Source of the DNA: Methanobacteriota archaeon
Lineage (GTDB): Archaea; Methanobacteriota; Methanobacteria; Methanobacteriales; Methanobacteriaceae
NCBI GenBank assembly: GCA_963787255.1
Contig: CAWBCJ010000029.1
Location: 416,001 to 480,000 of the forward strand
Length of the DNA: 64,000 nucleotides
Reading direction: 5' to 3'
Part shown: piece after piece, positions 31,820 through 44,862 of the stretch
How positions within the stretch are numbered: the first letter of the stretch is position 1
Layout: every line of letters begins with the position of its first letter
Made by a program: the position numbers and the translations under genes
The notes under the pieces: model-generated
The model's database searches: none
Seen by the model: only the letters and a program-made list of their open reading frames with translations
Told to the model about the DNA's origin: nothing

Positions 31820-32380
31820 TTATATAAAGTAAATTACCAGACTCATTGCAAAGGCAGAAATCAGAGGAATAGGAACATTATCGTCTATAGGGCTGTAAGC
31901 TTCGGTTAATGCGCCGAATAATGCCCCAAAAAATGCTGGAATTATTGGAACCTGAGTCCATGCGCCAATAAGCGCCACCACAAAAAAAGCCAGCGTTCCA
32001 ACAATCGTTTTCTCTTTATTGAAAGGCAAAGGTTTTTTGCCGTACTTTTTCCCGAATATGGTGGATACAGAGTCTCCAAAAAGGAGAATAATTATGGCAG
32101 CATTGGCAACAGCCATGTTGAACTGGAAGAAATAGATGGTTATTATAATTCCAAGGAAAAAGTACACAAATCCTTTTTCGTCATCTTTTCTTTTACATCT
32201 ACTTAAAAAAGCTGAAATAAAGAAAATATTACGATATCTATCTATTCTAAAAAGTATTTCAACAAATATAACGATGGCTATGCAAATAATAATTAAAAGA
32301 GTTGGACTAAAGAACCAGCTTAGAAAAACAATAAAAATGCCTGATGCATGAATTAACTGTCTTAAATATTCTCCTTTCAT
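31820..32380 (-). CDS. Dolichol/phytol kinase (SEC59-like, CTP-dependent) family protein
   Basis: RQLIH, FGDSVSTIFGKKYG, KT.VG, DDN..IP. Confidence 0.87.
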   Translation of the reverse strand: MKGEYLRQLIHASGIFIVFLSWFFSPTLLIIICIAIVIFVEILFRIDRYRNIFFISAFLSRCKRKDDEKGFVYFFLGIIITIYFFQFNMAVANAAIIILLFGDSVSTIFGKKYGKKPLPFNKEKTIVGTLAFFVVALIGAWTQVPIIPAFFGALFGALTEAYSPIDDNVPIPLISAFAMSLVIYFI

Positions 32381-32422
32381 ATCATCCGGCCATAGTTTGA
32401 TTATAAATCATTTCTAAAATTA

Positions 32423-34603
32423 TCATGCCATGAATTTATCTATTACTCCATAATATGATTCTTTAAGTTCATCAATGCTTAAATCCACAATTTCATCATC
32501 AATGATTAGATTTTTGCCTCTAACTTCCCCAATAATTGCTGCAGGTGCATTTATTTTCTCCAAAAATTCTTCTGCAACTTCACTTTTAACTGTAATAACA
32601 AATCGTGCATTGGACTCTGAAAACAATATTTCAGAAACACTCATTCCATCATTTTCTTTAAGTACCTTCGAAGTATTTAAAACAGCCCCAATCCTGCCGG
32701 AAATGGTCATTTCAGCGACTGCAATGCATAAACCTCCTGATGAACAATCATGCACTGCTGTAACTGCTCCATCTGCATCATTGCGGATTAATTCTAAAAC
32801 TGCACTTGCAGATTCGAATTCAACATTCATATTCACTTTTGGAGGTTTACCCTGGACAACGCCGTGAATTGCCTTGTGATATTCAGAGCCGTCTAACTCC
32901 GCGCCAGTTTTTCCAATAAGAATTATTTTATCTCCTTCATTTTTGAAATCCATTGTTCTTATATCATTTATGTCCATTAATCCAGCAACACCCACAACAG
33001 GTGAAGGATTAACAGTCACTCCTTCAGTTTCATTGTAAAAACTCACGTTTCCACTTATTACAGGAGTATTAAAGCGTGTTGCAATGTCTGACATTCCCTT
33101 TATACATTCTTTAAACTGCCAGAAAACGTAGGGCTTTTCAGGATTTCCAAAATTAAGACAGTCAACTATGCAAATTGGTTCAGCTCCCATGGAAATAACA
33201 TTCCTGAAGGCCTCAGCAACGGCTCCAGCACCGCCGTGATATGGATCTAGTTTAGTATGTATGCTGTTACAGTCTGATGTGAGTGCAATTGCCTTTTCAT
33301 TATCAATACGCAGTACTGCTGCATCATCACCAGGTTTAACTGCAGTCCTTACCTGTACCTCGTGATCGTACTGCCTGTAAACCCATTTTTTACTGGCAAT
33401 ATTTGGAGATGAGAGTAATTTAAGAACAGCTTCTTGAGGATCAATATCTTCTAATTCATGATATTCAACATTTTCAGATGGCCCGCAACCTTCATTATGT
33501 GGATTACATGAATCTCTTTCAATTAATGGAGGGTCTGCAAGAAGGCAGGTTCGGACTTCTGCTATGACTTCTCCTTCCTGTTTAATGACCAGATTTTGTT
33601 TATCAGTTACTTTCCCAATTGCAGCATGAGGAAGCTCATATTTTTCAAATATCGCCATTAGCAGGTCAACATCTTCGGATTTTACCACGAAAACCATTCT
33701 TTCCTGGGATTCAGAAAGCATTATCTCGTAAGGTGTCATTCCTTCTTCCCTGAGTGGAATATTAGTAAGTTCCACTTCTGCTCCGTTACCTCCTTTAGCA
33801 GCCATTTCTGATACACAACAGGTTAAACCGCCACCACCAAGGTCTTTAAGCCCTACAACGTTAACTTTATCCAGAGCTTCGAGTGTAGCTTCTAAAACCA
33901 TTTTCTTTGTAAAAGGATCGCCTACCTGGACAGCAGGTCTGTCTTCAAGCTCAGATTCAGTTGTAAGTTCTTCCGAAGCAAAAGTAACTCCATGAATACC
34001 ATCTCTACCGGTTCTTCCACCCATTAAGACAAAAATATCCCCCACATTCGGCGCAATACCCCTTACAATGTCTTCTTTTTTAACAAGACCTGCACAGACT
34101 ACATTTACAAGAGGATTAAATGTGAAATTTTCATCAAATTCTACTTCTCCACCTACTGTAGGAATTCCTACCCTGTTTCCATAGTCAGAAATTCCTTTTA
34201 CAACATATTCAAATATGTAGCGTGATCTTTGGTCTTCAAGAGGTCCGAATCTTAATGAATCCAGGAGCGCAATGGGCATAGCTCCCATAGAAATAATATC
34301 GCGTATTATTCCTCCAATACCCGTACCAGCACCACCATAAGGTTCAATTGCTGAGGGATGGTTGTGACTTTCCATCCCAATAACCAGTGCAAGTTCATCA
34401 GTAAGTTCAACAATACCTGCATCGTCTCCAGGGCCTAATATTACTTTCTCACCTTCTGTAGGAAATAATCTTAATATTGGACGACTACTTTTATAGGAAC
34501 AGTGCTCTGAAAACATTATATCCAACATACCGTATTCTAATGAGTTGGGTTCTCTTCCAAGTTCTTTTTTTACATATTCACATTCTGAGTCAGTCAGGGT
34601 CAT
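32423..34603 (-). CDS. purL: Phosphoribosylformylglycinamidine synthase subunit PurL
   Basis: [39 protein letters not shown]. Confidence 0.98.
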   Translation of the reverse strand: MTLTDSECEYVKKELGREPNSLEYGMLDIMFSEHCSYKSSRPILRLFPTEGEKVILGPGDDAGIVELTDELALVIGMESHNHPSAIEPYGGAGTGIGGIIRDIISMGAMPIALLDSLRFGPLEDQRSRYIFEYVVKGISDYGNRVGIPTVGGEVEFDENFTFNPLVNVVCAGLVKKEDIVRGIAPNVGDIFVLMGGRTGRDGIHGVTFASEELTTESELEDRPAVQVGDPFTKKMVLEATLEALDKVNVVGLKDLGGGGLTCCVSEMAAKGGNGAEVELTNIPLREEGMTPYEIMLSESQERMVFVVKSEDVDLLMAIFEKYELPHAAIGKVTDKQNLVIKQEGEVIAEVRTCLLADPPLIERDSCNPHNEGCGPSENVEYHELEDIDPQEAVLKLLSSPNIASKKWVYRQYDHEVQVRTAVKPGDDAAVLRIDNEKAIALTSDCNSIHTKLDPYHGGAGAVAEAFRNVISMGAEPICIVDCLNFGNPEKPYVFWQFKECIKGMSDIATRFNTPVISGNVSFYNETEGVTVNPSPVVGVAGLMDINDIRTMDFKNEGDKIILIGKTGAELDGSEYHKAIHGVVQGKPPKVNMNVEFESASAVLELIRNDADGAVTAVHDCSSGGLCIAVAEMTISGRIGAVLNTSKVLKENDGMSVSEILFSESNARFVITVKSEVAEEFLEKINAPAAIIGEVRGKNLIIDDEIVDLSIDELKESYYGVIDKFMA

Positions 34604-34643
34604 TTTATCACGCCGCACTTTAAATTAATCTTTAATAATTTCT

Positions 34644-37600
34644 TTATGTTATTTGGACGGTTTCATCCAGTTTTTTAATAGCTATTTTGAGGTTTTCATC
34701 TTCAATTTTCCAATCTTTAGTGTAATCTCCTTCCTGGAAACCAAATGACAACTCTTGAGCCCTTACTTCATGGGAAATAAAGCCCATAAATGGTTCAATT
34801 AAATTCTTGAACTCCTCATCACATTCAATAAATACTAATATATTGGCTTCCACGTCAAGATCTAAATCCTTACGCATGTCCTGGATTCTCCTTATAAGTT
34901 CTCTAGACATTGCTTCTGATAATATTTCGTTTGTAAGTTCTGTATTTAAAAATACATTTCCTAAATTGAAATCAGCACTTACGAGATTTTCTGGAAGTTC
35001 TGTTTCAAATAATATATCATTTTCCTCGAGTTCTATGGTTTTATCTTCCAGTTCAACTTTGTAAATCCCTTCATCATCCAAATTCAATTTTATTTCAGCC
35101 CCGTCTGCTTCAGCAAGTTTCCGTATTACTTTAGGAGCGTCACCTCTTAGTTTAGGTCCCAAGTTTTTCATGTTTGGTTTTGCAAGGATTTTGAGGTTTT
35201 CAAATTCATCAGTGACTTCTATTTTCTTTGTATTGGCCTGTTCCATTATAACGGCTTTAAGAGATTCAACAGCACTTAAAACATTCTTATCTTCTGAAAC
35301 CACTATGATTTCTTTTACAGGCCATCTAAGCTTGTATCTTGCAACATCTCTTCCCCTTGCGCACGCTTCTATGATATTTCTGACAATGTCCATGTTTTCT
35401 TCTAAATCTTTGTCAATAAGGTCTTCATTGAATTCCCAATTTTCCATATGCACGCTCTCGGGGGCATCTTCATCCACACCTTTAACAAGATTTTGGTAAA
35501 TTTCTTCTGTTATGTGGGGAGTTATAGGTGCCATTACTTTAATTAGAAGCTTCATAACGTTATACAGAGTATAATAAGCCCCTAATTTGTCAGGATCTTC
35601 TTTTTCAATCCATGTACGTCCTCTGATTAATCTTACGTACCATCTGCTTAAATCTTCTAATATGAAGTTATTTATAGCTCTTGTGGCTTTATGGAGATAT
35701 AATGAATCAAGAGCTTCTGTAACATCTTTTGCAAGTGAATTAGCTCTTGAAGTTATCCATTTATCTTCATCTCGAAGTTTAAGATCGTTTTCAGTGTATA
35801 ATGTTGGGTTGAAGTTGTCTATGGCCATGTAGGTTGTTGAAAATACGTAGACATTCCATAGGATGTTAAACATTTTAGCAACATTTTTCAGTTCATCCCA
35901 TGTAAATTTAAGGTCTTCCCAGGGTTTATTTCCCCAGAGAAGATAAAATCTAAGTATATCAGCTCCATACTGAGCTATCACTTCGTCAGGTTCAACAACA
36001 TTTCCAAGTGATTTGCTCATCTTTCTACCCTCTTCGTCAAGGGTGAAACCATGCATTAAGACTCTCTTATAAGGTGTTTGGTCGAAAGATATTACACCAC
36101 ATCCTAATTGTGAATAGAACCATCCTCGGGTCTGATCGTGTCCTTCTGTAATAAAATCGTAGGGGAACCATTCTTCAAACATTTCCTTTTCCTGTGGATA
36201 GTGTAACGCTGCCCATCCAGCGACTCCTGAGTCTATCCAGACATCTAAAACATCCAGAACACGTTTCATGTCGCCCCCACACGGACATTCAACTGTAATC
36301 TCGTCAACGTAAGGCCTGTGTATAAAGTCTCCTTCCAGCTTTCCTTTAACAGCACGCTCTTTTAATTCGTCAATTGAGCCTATAACAGTTATTTCTTCAC
36401 AAGATTCACATTTCCATATTGGAATCGGAATTCCCCAGTATCTCTGCCTCGAAATAGTCCAATCACGCGCATTTTCAATCCAGTTACGGAAACGGCTTTC
36501 TCCAGCCCATTCAGGAACCCATTCAACCTTATCTAACTCGCTGAGCATCTTATCTTTAATTTCTGTGATTTTAAGGAACCACTGCTGTGTTGCCAGGTAA
36601 ATGATAGGAGTTTTACACCTCCAACAGAACCCATACCTGTGGCGTATTACGTCTTCTTTTAATAAAAGCCCATGAACATCCAGATCGGCTATTATGTAAG
36701 GATCAGCATCTTTTACAAATTCTCCCTTGTATTTCCCTGCTTCTTCATTAAATAATCCTGCTTCATCAACCGGGCAGAATATTGGTAATCCATATTGTTT
36801 ACCTATTTCAAAGTCGTCAGGACCGTGTCCAGGAGCGGTATGAACACAGCCAGTACCTTCTGTTAGTGTTACATGTTCTCCAGGTAATATTTTATGTTCA
36901 AATCCTTTTTGAAAAGGTATTTCATCTAATAGTGGATGCTGATATTCCAAATCCTCAAGATCAGCTCCTTTGACCACTTTAACTATTTCGTAATCCTGAT
37001 CTTCAAATAAAGAATCAACCAGCGCTTCAGCCATTATGTAAATTTCATCATTAACTTTAACATAAGCGTAATCAAAATTAGGGTGTACACAAACTGCCAT
37101 GTTTGCAGGAAGCGTCCATGGTGTCGTTGTCCAGACAAGAACGTATTCATTATTCTCTGAATTCTTTAAAGGGAATTTAACGTAGATGGAAGGATCTTCT
37201 TTTTCTTCATAGTCAATCTCAGCAAGAGCTAGTGCAGTTTCGCATCGGGGACACCAAGTTATCACTCGAAGGTCATTTATAAGAAGATCTTTTTCATGAG
37301 CCTTTTTTAGGGTCCACCAGCATGATTCCATGTATTTGGTCTCAAAAGTAACGTAAGGGTTATCCCAGTCCATCCAGATTCCCAGCATTTTAAACTGTTC
37401 GGTCATAACAGCCTTATTTTCAATTGCAAATTCTTTACATCTTTCCACAAAGTTTGCAATCCCTATTTCGGTTTCAATTTGTTTTTTGCTTTTTAATCCA
37501 AGCAGTTCTTCGACTTTATGCTCGATTGGAAGCCCGTGAGTATCCCACCCAGCCTGCCTGCGAAGGTTAAATCCACTCATACTTTTAAAACGTAAAAATG

Positions 37601-37802
37601 TATCCTTTATTGTCTTATTCCATGCAGTTCCCAGATGTATTCTTCCACTACAGTAAGGGGGGCCGTCTAAAAATGAAAATTTAGGGCTATTTTCCCTTAA
37701 CTTGTTTGTTTTATTGTATATATCCTTATCTTCCCAGAATTTCTGGATACTTTCCTCTGTTATCTTTGTATCATATGATCGTGGGGCCTCTTTTATCGGC
37801 AT
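34644..37802 (-). CDS. ileS: Isoleucyl-tRNA synthetase
   Basis: [39 protein letters not shown]. Confidence 0.98.
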   Translation of the reverse strand: MPIKEAPRSYDTKITEESIQKFWEDKDIYNKTNKLRENSPKFSFLDGPPYCSGRIHLGTAWNKTIKDTFLRFKSMSGFNLRRQAGWDTHGLPIEHKVEELLGLKSKKQIETEIGIANFVERCKEFAIENKAVMTEQFKMLGIWMDWDNPYVTFETKYMESCWWTLKKAHEKDLLINDLRVITWCPRCETALALAEIDYEEKEDPSIYVKFPLKNSENNEYVLVWTTTPWTLPANMAVCVHPNFDYAYVKVNDEIYIMAEALVDSLFEDQDYEIVKVVKGADLEDLEYQHPLLDEIPFQKGFEHKILPGEHVTLTEGTGCVHTAPGHGPDDFEIGKQYGLPIFCPVDEAGLFNEEAGKYKGEFVKDADPYIIADLDVHGLLLKEDVIRHRYGFCWRCKTPIIYLATQQWFLKITEIKDKMLSELDKVEWVPEWAGESRFRNWIENARDWTISRQRYWGIPIPIWKCESCEEITVIGSIDELKERAVKGKLEGDFIHRPYVDEITVECPCGGDMKRVLDVLDVWIDSGVAGWAALHYPQEKEMFEEWFPYDFITEGHDQTRGWFYSQLGCGVISFDQTPYKRVLMHGFTLDEEGRKMSKSLGNVVEPDEVIAQYGADILRFYLLWGNKPWEDLKFTWDELKNVAKMFNILWNVYVFSTTYMAIDNFNPTLYTENDLKLRDEDKWITSRANSLAKDVTEALDSLYLHKATRAINNFILEDLSRWYVRLIRGRTWIEKEDPDKLGAYYTLYNVMKLLIKVMAPITPHITEEIYQNLVKGVDEDAPESVHMENWEFNEDLIDKDLEENMDIVRNIIEACARGRDVARYKLRWPVKEIIVVSEDKNVLSAVESLKAVIMEQANTKKIEVTDEFENLKILAKPNMKNLGPKLRGDAPKVIRKLAEADGAEIKLNLDDEGIYKVELEDKTIELEENDILFETELPENLVSADFNLGNVFLNTELTNEILSEAMSRELIRRIQDMRKDLDLDVEANILVFIECDEEFKNLIEPFMGFISHEVRAQELSFGFQEGDYTKDWKIEDENLKIAIKKLDETVQIT

Positions 37803-38015
37803 TTCAATTCTCCCTATTATTTTGATAATTAAGTAAAATGTAAGAATAAGCTGTTTAATAGAATTATTTGTATTTTCTTATATTTTTCATTTATTCTTGA
37901 ACTATATCTGATTTGCAGATATTTAAAAGTTAATGCATAAAAAAAATAATAACGATAATATTACCCCTTTGCACAATAGAAAAGAATATAAATACCTTTA
38001 ATACAATTATTTATT

Positions 38016-38093
38016 GCATCCCCTATAACAACGATACTTGTTTATTTTACTGATAGTATCGCCTCCGGGGGGATGCTACACCTACTGATTTTT
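38016..38093 (+). ncRNA. Candidate sRNA, copy A of the GCAUCCC hairpin family
   Basis: GCAUCCCC/GGGGAUGC lower stem, CGAUACU/AGUAUCG upper stem, CCUCC in the internal loop; AATAGAAAA 41 nt upstream, TATA at 37986-37994, T-run at 38089-38093. Confidence 0.55.
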
Positions 38094-38497
38094 CAAAATA
38101 AATTTAATCTATTAATTAAATACAAATTTACAGTATCTACTTAGTCCCTCTCTTGTTTGAACTCTAATATGAGAGATGTCACAATTAACTAATTGAAAAT
38201 CCTGATTTTTGATAGTTCTGAAGTTTTTATCCATATTTTTGAAAAAAAGAGCTTATTAATAAGATAAAAAAAAGGATGAATTGCCCTTATTATATAGGAA
38301 GATTAAGAGAGGACTATTGAATAAGTAATTTGCCAATGTCTTTTGGAACATGGGTAATTAAAACTAGAAAATCTTTTTTTAAAGCTAAATTTAAACCCTA
38401 AAATTAATTAACTTATCATCCACACTAGAATTATAGATTTAATTAATGATATAATACTAACTAAACATTAAAAATAGAATTAAAGGACATTATTGAA

Positions 38498-39733
38498 TTA
38501 AAATGTCCTGAGTTTTCCTTTAACTAGCATATCAGTTATACTTGTAATGTCATCGAGCCATAAATCAATTACTTGTTCTACTTGTTGGTTGACTGATTCT
38601 ATTTTGTATCCATCTTCAAGAATCACCTGGGCACTTGCAGCTTTCGGATTATCTATTGGTTTTCCTATCTGACTTAAAAGCATAATTTGTACTTCTTTAA
38701 CCCCTTCAACATTTTCACTTATATCATTAGCTATTTTAGTTGATATTAGATTATATATTTTACCAACGTGGTTAATTGGATTCTTTCCAGATGTAGCTTC
38801 CATTGACATTGGCCGGTTTGGTGTTATCAGGCCGTTAGCACGGTTTCCACGTCCTACAGATCCATCATCTCCCATTTCTGCTGATGTACCAGTTACTGTG
38901 AGGTAATATCCTTCTTCAGTCTTGCAAGTGTGGTTATCTGCGGTGTTAATAAATACTTCAATGTTTCTTTCGGTTTTTTCTCCTGCTAATTTGGTTATTA
39001 TTTCATTAAGTTCTTCTTTTAGATTTATATAAGTATCGCGGTCGTCAATGTATTTAGATACCATTGCAGTGGCTACAGTAAGGGTGATACTATTATCATC
39101 TCTAAGTCCCATAACCTTTATATCTTCTCCAACTGCAGGATATTTCTTTTTAAAGTCTCTTGAGTTTAGCAAGTTCTCTGCAGCAAGTACTATATTTTCG
39201 GTTTCTGAAAATGGAGCAAAACCTACTCCAAATGATGTATCGTTAGAGGATGGTGCCCCTCCTTTTCTTCTAAATACATCTGTTAAATCACCGGAACCAT
39301 GTCCAATCTTACATTCTACAACTGTAGCAGTTTCAACGTCGAGATTTATAATATTTTCTTTTAAATATTCTTTGGCAGCGCTAATTGCTATCCGGTCCAA
39401 TCCCATTTTCTTGATTTCAAGTTTCCCGTCTTTTTCTTCATGAACTTCGGAAATTCCTCTACCGGTCAGGAGGATATCCATGGGCTTCATTATTTCCCCC
39501 CCGCCAAACACAGGATTTGATTCTCCGGCTGTAATTTGAACTTCATCGGTGTTATGGTGCATTATTTCCCCGAATCTTTCCAAATAAGAGTTGCATAAAG
39601 CTCTGCTTACAGATTCTGCTATTCCATCACTTATACTGTCTGGATGGCCTATTCCTTTTCTTTCTACTACTTCTACTTCTTTTTCTTCAATTGGTTTTTG
39701 AATGAGCTTTTCAACAAAAATATTCTTTCTCAT
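38498..39733 (-). CDS. mat: Archaeal S-adenosylmethionine synthetase
   Basis: [52 protein letters not shown]. Confidence 0.96.
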   Translation of the reverse strand: MRKNIFVEKLIQKPIEEKEVEVVERKGIGHPDSISDGIAESVSRALCNSYLERFGEIMHHNTDEVQITAGESNPVFGGGEIMKPMDILLTGRGISEVHEEKDGKLEIKKMGLDRIAISAAKEYLKENIINLDVETATVVECKIGHGSGDLTDVFRRKGGAPSSNDTSFGVGFAPFSETENIVLAAENLLNSRDFKKKYPAVGEDIKVMGLRDDNSITLTVATAMVSKYIDDRDTYINLKEELNEIITKLAGEKTERNIEVFINTADNHTCKTEEGYYLTVTGTSAEMGDDGSVGRGNRANGLITPNRPMSMEATSGKNPINHVGKIYNLISTKIANDISENVEGVKEVQIMLLSQIGKPIDNPKAASAQVILEDGYKIESVNQQVEQVIDLWLDDITSITDMLVKGKLRTF

Positions 39734-39939
39734 AAATAGCCTCCAAATTTTGAATATCCCCATAAGTCATAAAACGTAAATTAATCAAAATATTGATCCA
39801 TTTTTTGTTATTTTTCAAGTTATTTAAATGTATTTGCATATTAATATGGGATAGAGTACAATAAAATTAAGAAAACAAATGAAGAAAGTACTTTTTTATA
39901 AATTAAAAGTTATATCACATAATCTTGTGGGGAGCAATC

Positions 39940-40308
39940 ATGAATGTAATGGTAATAAATATTTCTAAAGGAACAGAAATTGGCGAAAGCGAAATTGCAG
40001 ATACATTTTTTTCCAGATTGAGAGGTACAATGTTTAAAAGCAAGCTAGAAAGAGGCCTTATTTTAAAACTCCCAAATACAAGGAGCAGGAGCGGTTCAGC
40101 TATTCATATGTTCTTTGTAAAATTTCCATTGGACATTATATTTGCAGGTTCAGACAAAAAAGTGGTTGACACAGTTTCCATCAATCCCTGGAAGACATAT
40201 ACTCCTAAAAAACCTGCAATGTATGTTATTGAAATGGAAAAGGGAACAATTCTAGCATCAAAAACCGAAATTGGTGATAATCTGGACTTTACATGTAAAA
40301 AAGCTTAA
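39940..40308 (+). CDS. DUF192 family protein
   Basis: [29 protein letters not shown]. Confidence 0.88.
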   Translation: MNVMVINISKGTEIGESEIADTFFSRLRGTMFKSKLERGLILKLPNTRSRSGSAIHMFFVKFPLDIIFAGSDKKVVDTVSINPWKTYTPKKPAMYVIEMEKGTILASKTEIGDNLDFTCKKA

Positions 40309-40361
40309 AATAAGGTTAAAAATGTAAATATGAAGATATAGTTAGATATTAAGTTTGGTAA

Positions 40362-40757
40362 TTACTGTCGTTCCTTTATTGAGTTTAAAGCCATTTGAGC
40401 AACCTTTCTTACAACCTGATTTTCATCCTTTGATGCTTCTTCTAGTGGGTTTATCGCTCGTTTATCTCCTACTCCTGAAAGACCTATTGCTGCAGCATAT
40501 CTAACGCTTGCCCTATCATCTTTCAGTAATTCAATTAATGGTTCAACAGATTTAGGATCTTCGTAAACAGCTAGTGAAAGAGCAGCAGCTTCTCTAACGT
40601 GACAATCATCATCTTTTAATGCATTAATTAAAGGATCTACAGCTCTTGGATCTGCTAATTCTGCAAGAAGTTCAGCAGCATCTTCTCTTCTATTCCATTC
40701 CCCATTTTCAAGTTCTTTTATTAAATTATCCAAATCTCTTCTTTCTGACTCGACCAT
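40362..40757 (-). CDS. HEAT/PBS-lyase repeat protein
   Basis: Repeats of (V)R..AA..L......AV.PLI..LKD. Confidence 0.9.
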   Translation of the reverse strand: MVESERRDLDNLIKELENGEWNRREDAAELLAELADPRAVDPLINALKDDDCHVREAAALSLAVYEDPKSVEPLIELLKDDRASVRYAAAIGLSGVGDKRAINPLEEASKDENQVVRKVAQMALNSIKERQ

Positions 40758-40815
40758 ATACTTCCTCCTTGCTATTCTATTTTGTTGTCCAAACTTTAAA
40801 TAACTTATTCATTTT

Positions 40816-41412
40816 TCAGTCATTTTTCATACCCATGACTTTCTCGATGGTGCGCCCGCTTAGTACTGATTCCGGCCTATCAACTAAAATATCATGTTCA
40901 GAATCAGCTTCACTATCTTTTTTCTTTAAAAGTAGCCAGAATTTTCTTTCACCTTTTCCCGTATGTATGAGCGCATATCCGCCCTTAAGTTTTTTTCCTT
41001 CAAGCTGTATATCCACGTGACCATCTTCAATTGTTCTTTCCATAGAAACTATTTCTCCATCTTTAGTTTTAACGTTTTTATAGGTACCTATATCCCAGAC
41101 AATCACAGTACCTGCCCCGTAGTTCCCTTCAGGAATAATTCCTTCAAAATCAATATAATCAATAGGATGGTCTTCTGTTGGGACAGCAAGACGTTTTTGA
41201 CCAGGATCTGTTGATGGACCTTTAGGTATTGCCCATGACTTTAAAACACCATTTACTTCCAGTCTGAAATCATAGTGGAGTCTGCTGGCATCATGTTTTT
41301 GAATCACAAATCTTGGAGCTTTAGGGAAGGCCTTTTTACTTGAAATAGGTTCGAGAGTCTTTTCAAAATCTCTTTTTTCTTTATATTCTTTAAGAGGATC
41401 TTTACCTTGCAT
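40816..41412 (-). CDS. Stand-alone LigD 3'-phosphoesterase domain protein
   Basis: Y..KRDF..T.EP, FVIQKHDASRLHYDFRLE, SWAIPKGPS, TEDHP..Y..FEG.I..G.YGAG.V..WD.G. Confidence 0.93.
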   Translation of the reverse strand: MQGKDPLKEYKEKRDFEKTLEPISSKKAFPKAPRFVIQKHDASRLHYDFRLEVNGVLKSWAIPKGPSTDPGQKRLAVPTEDHPIDYIDFEGIIPEGNYGAGTVIVWDIGTYKNVKTKDGEIVSMERTIEDGHVDIQLEGKKLKGGYALIHTGKGERKFWLLLKKKDSEADSEHDILVDRPESVLSGRTIEKVMGMKND

Positions 41413-41460
41413 TTATTCACCTCTATTATTTAATAAGATCAAATAAGTATTAGAGGTGTT

Positions 41461-42150
41461 TTAAAAATCCTTAAATCCATTTGGATGCCCTAATACTTCC
41501 ACGCCCTCAAATTCATGGAGTTTTTTGGTATTTTTAATGTCAATTTCCCTCATGTGGATGGTAATTATTTTTCCAGCCGAAATTGCAGAAAAAGAGCACA
41601 TTTCAGCACATGCACCGCATCCAACACATTTAAGAAGGTCTATTTCTACTCCCGGAGTTATTGCATCTTCGGGACATGCTGCTGCCGAATCACATATCTC
41701 ACACTTATTACACAAGTCTAATTCAAGCTTTGAAGGTAATACAGTTTCTAAATCCCCTGATTCCAAGTCAACAGGGATTATAATAGTTTTCACATGTCCT
41801 TTACCAGATTGAGCAACTGCATTTGTAATTAGGGTGTCTGCAATGCCACTAACGATTTTCCCAATTGTATTGGATGTTGCAGGAGAAACAATCAGTAAAT
41901 CGTATTTTCCAAGTGAAAAACGTCCGGTTATAGGGTAACTGAATTTTTGATCCTTTTCTTGAACTAATTCATTATAATATCCGCCGGTTATTTTTTCAAC
42001 TCTCTCAAAAAGCCCGTACATTTTAAGAACTTCTTCACCGGCAGCTGAAAGTAAAACAGTTACATCATGCTCAGTCATTAATTTTTCAAGTAGTTCAACG
42101 CTTTCTAAAAGTAAATGGCCCGCTCCTGTAATTCCAAAACCTATTTTCAT
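41461..42150 (-). CDS. dmrX: Dihydromethanopterin reductase (archaeal iron-sulfur flavoprotein, AfpA/DmrX-like)
   Basis: [31 protein letters not shown], two 4Fe-4S Cys motifs. Confidence 0.78.
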   Translation of the reverse strand: MKIGFGITGAGHLLLESVELLEKLMTEHDVTVLLSAAGEEVLKMYGLFERVEKITGGYYNELVQEKDQKFSYPITGRFSLGKYDLLIVSPATSNTIGKIVSGIADTLITNAVAQSGKGHVKTIIIPVDLESGDLETVLPSKLELDLCNKCEICDSAAACPEDAITPGVEIDLLKCVGCGACAEMCSFSAISAGKIITIHMREIDIKNTKKLHEFEGVEVLGHPNGFKDF

Positions 42151-42277
42151 TTTATCGCTCCTTAAAGAATAAGAATAATGCAGTAATTAGAAAATATTTA
42201 GGATATTATATGAAACAACTGGTATTTAAAATTAGATTAGCTGAAAAAAAGGAATGAATATAAAAAAAAGAAATGAA

Positions 42278-43546
42278 TTAGAATTCAATGTATTTGTAAG
42301 CTTCATCCTCTTCAAATGCGTAATGAACCTTTGTGTATTGACCCATGAACTCAGCAACGGCTTCTTTAACATTTTTGCCATCCATAGCAACGCTTTTGAT
42401 GAATTCAGCAACTTCCACCATTTGAGCTTCTTTTAATCCTCTTCTGGTGATTTCTTGACTACCTACTCTTATTCCTGATGGATCATCTGTTCGTTTACGG
42501 TCATCCCATGGGAGAAGATTCTTATTTAAAATGATATTGTTTCTTTCCATGTCCTTGGCCATTTTAGCGGCGCTTCCTATTTTTTTAACATCAATTGCCA
42601 CCTGATGGGATTCTGTAAAATCCTGATCTTCGCATAGAACATCAAAACCTAGCTCATAAAGGCTTTGAGCAAGTGCTTTGGCATTTTTAATTATTTGATC
42701 AGCATAATCTGCTCCAAATTCAAGCATTTCTGCTAATGTGATACCTAAACCTGCAACGTGATGGAGGTGATGGTTACTCACAACTCCTGGAAATACTGCT
42801 TCATCAATTGTATCCTTTAATTCTTCAGTACATAGCATTATACCGCCTTGAGGGCCAGGAAAAGTCTTGTGTGTACTTCCAACAAGTAAGTCAGCACCTT
42901 CTTTAAGTGGATCCTGGAATTTACCTCCAGCTATAAGGCCAAGAACATGAGCTCCGTCGTACATGACTTTTGCACCCACTTCATCAGCTGCTTCTCTTGC
43001 TTCTTTCACTGGATGGGGGAATAAAAATAAACTTCCACCAAGGAGAACCACTTTCGGCTTATTTTTTATTATTTCCTTTTTCATTGCATCAGCGTCAATG
43101 TTCATCTTTTCATTATCAAAAGGATGTGATAGAATCCTTAATCCTCTTATTCCAGCCGCACTAACTTCAGCATGGCTTATGTGGCCTCCAACAGGTACAT
43201 TTAAAGCCATTAAAAGATCGTTTGGTTTTGTAAGGGCGAAAAACGATGCTAAATTTGCAACTACTCCTGAGTTTGGCTGTACATTTGCATGAGGGGCATT
43301 AAATAATCTTTTAGAAAGATCTATTGCTAGATTTTCAATGGTATCTATGTATTCACAGCCTTCATAGAGTCTTTCACAAGGAAGACCTTCTGCATACCTG
43401 TGGGATAGGTCAGATGCCAGCGCTTCTCTTACGGCAGTGCTTGTGATATTTTCACTTGCTATAAGATTTATACTGTCTTCCATCCATTTATGATGTTCTT
43501 TAGTCAGTTCTTTGATTTTCAAAGCGTATTTTTCATTTTCGAACAT
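42278..43546 (-). CDS. glyA: Serine hydroxymethyltransferase (archaeal type)
   Basis: [30 protein letters not shown]. Confidence 0.97.
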   Translation of the reverse strand: MFENEKYALKIKELTKEHHKWMEDSINLIASENITSTAVREALASDLSHRYAEGLPCERLYEGCEYIDTIENLAIDLSKRLFNAPHANVQPNSGVVANLASFFALTKPNDLLMALNVPVGGHISHAEVSAAGIRGLRILSHPFDNEKMNIDADAMKKEIIKNKPKVVLLGGSLFLFPHPVKEAREAADEVGAKVMYDGAHVLGLIAGGKFQDPLKEGADLLVGSTHKTFPGPQGGIMLCTEELKDTIDEAVFPGVVSNHHLHHVAGLGITLAEMLEFGADYADQIIKNAKALAQSLYELGFDVLCEDQDFTESHQVAIDVKKIGSAAKMAKDMERNNIILNKNLLPWDDRKRTDDPSGIRVGSQEITRRGLKEAQMVEVAEFIKSVAMDGKNVKEAVAEFMGQYTKVHYAFEEDEAYKYIEF

Positions 43547-43723
43547 TAATTATCCTCCGAGTAAAAATAAGTTTAGTTAGATTGATGTAGATATGTATAA
43601 AATAAATGAGTATATAATACTTTCAAAAATGATGACTTATTATTATGATATTTTAAATAATCATCTGACTTATTTATATTTAATTGAAAAAAAATTATGA
43701 TATAGAATGAAAACTAAGAGAAT

Positions 43724-44407
43724 TTATTCTTCTTTAAAAAACATTTTAGTCTGCATTTCTTCTAAATTAGATACTATACGGGATAGTTCACTTGCAGGGA
43801 TGCTTATCATGACGTCTTCGGGATTAACATTCATATTTTGCCTTGCCCCTACGTCTCCAAATCCGTAGGTGACTTTTCCAGTTAGATAAGGAATTGCAGC
43901 CATTGAACTGCATATTGGCCCAGAATCAGCGCCTAATCCATGCGCACCTGAATCGTAGGCGTTTGCATGGAGTATTTCCATCCCTTGATTTGCCTTGCAG
44001 ACGATAAATATTACATCTGGCTCGAATTCTGCCTTTTTAAGGGGAGCAAATACCACTGCTTGAAATATTCCCGGTTCTACATTCAGATTCTGTTTCCAAG
44101 AACGCTGAACCGCAGGAATATTCTTGTAAACACCCATTGGAACCAAAAATGCACCACTTTGCATGTTTGCAGGGAATTCGCACTTATCTTTAAGTCCAGA
44201 ATATCTTGCACCGCCCATGCATTCTTCTTCCTCTGCTGTTGCATAAAATATTTCTCCATTCATAGCTTTTTCAAGTTTTGTGCAGAATCTTGATTTCCCT
44301 TTTTCTTTTTCAATATCTCTTGGTTCTTTTACAGACCATTTTATAGCTACAGGTTCATTTTCTAACTTTAAAAGTTCTTTTATTTTCTCCCCTAATTCAT
44401 TGTACAT
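43724..44407 (-). CDS. DUF169 family protein
   Basis: L.L..EPVAIK, RFC, ECMGG, EPDVI, ICS, GD.GAR. Confidence 0.85.
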   Translation of the reverse strand: MYNELGEKIKELLKLENEPVAIKWSVKEPRDIEKEKGKSRFCTKLEKAMNGEIFYATAEEEECMGGARYSGLKDKCEFPANMQSGAFLVPMGVYKNIPAVQRSWKQNLNVEPGIFQAVVFAPLKKAEFEPDVIFIVCKANQGMEILHANAYDSGAHGLGADSGPICSSMAAIPYLTGKVTYGFGDVGARQNMNVNPEDVMISIPASELSRIVSNLEEMQTKMFFKEE

Positions 44408-44862
44408 AAATTTCACCAGTTGAATTTTGTATTCAATGCAAAGAATTCCTTGTTAATATTTAGGTATAATTTAATATACAATTTCTCATATTGAATAATT
44501 TGATAAGGGAATATGCAGAGCTGCAGTAATATAGTATAATTACCGATATTTTTCATTATTAATTCTATTAATCAGGTTTATTCTGCAGTTTTGAGATGTG
44601 CTAAGAATAAGATAAACATTTTAAGACCATTAACGACTTTAATCTTTTTAATAGTGGTTATCATCGATGTTAGGTGCAATTTCATCAGTAAAATAAATCT
44701 TTAGACAAAATAAATTATTTTTACATTTTTTTAAAGCTTAAAGTCTAGATTTAAACAAAATTAGTTGATTATTAATTATTTAATTGATAAAAATAACGCC
44801 ATAAATAAGTAATATTTGAGCATGAAATTGTAAAAATAAAAAAAATAAAGGAGTATAATCCT

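Noticed and set aside
37803-38497. T-box or SAM riboswitch between mat and ileS
   Set aside because: No T-box (GGTGGTACCGCG) or SAM-I consensus; such elements are not established in these archaea; the hairpin has a paralog away from ileS
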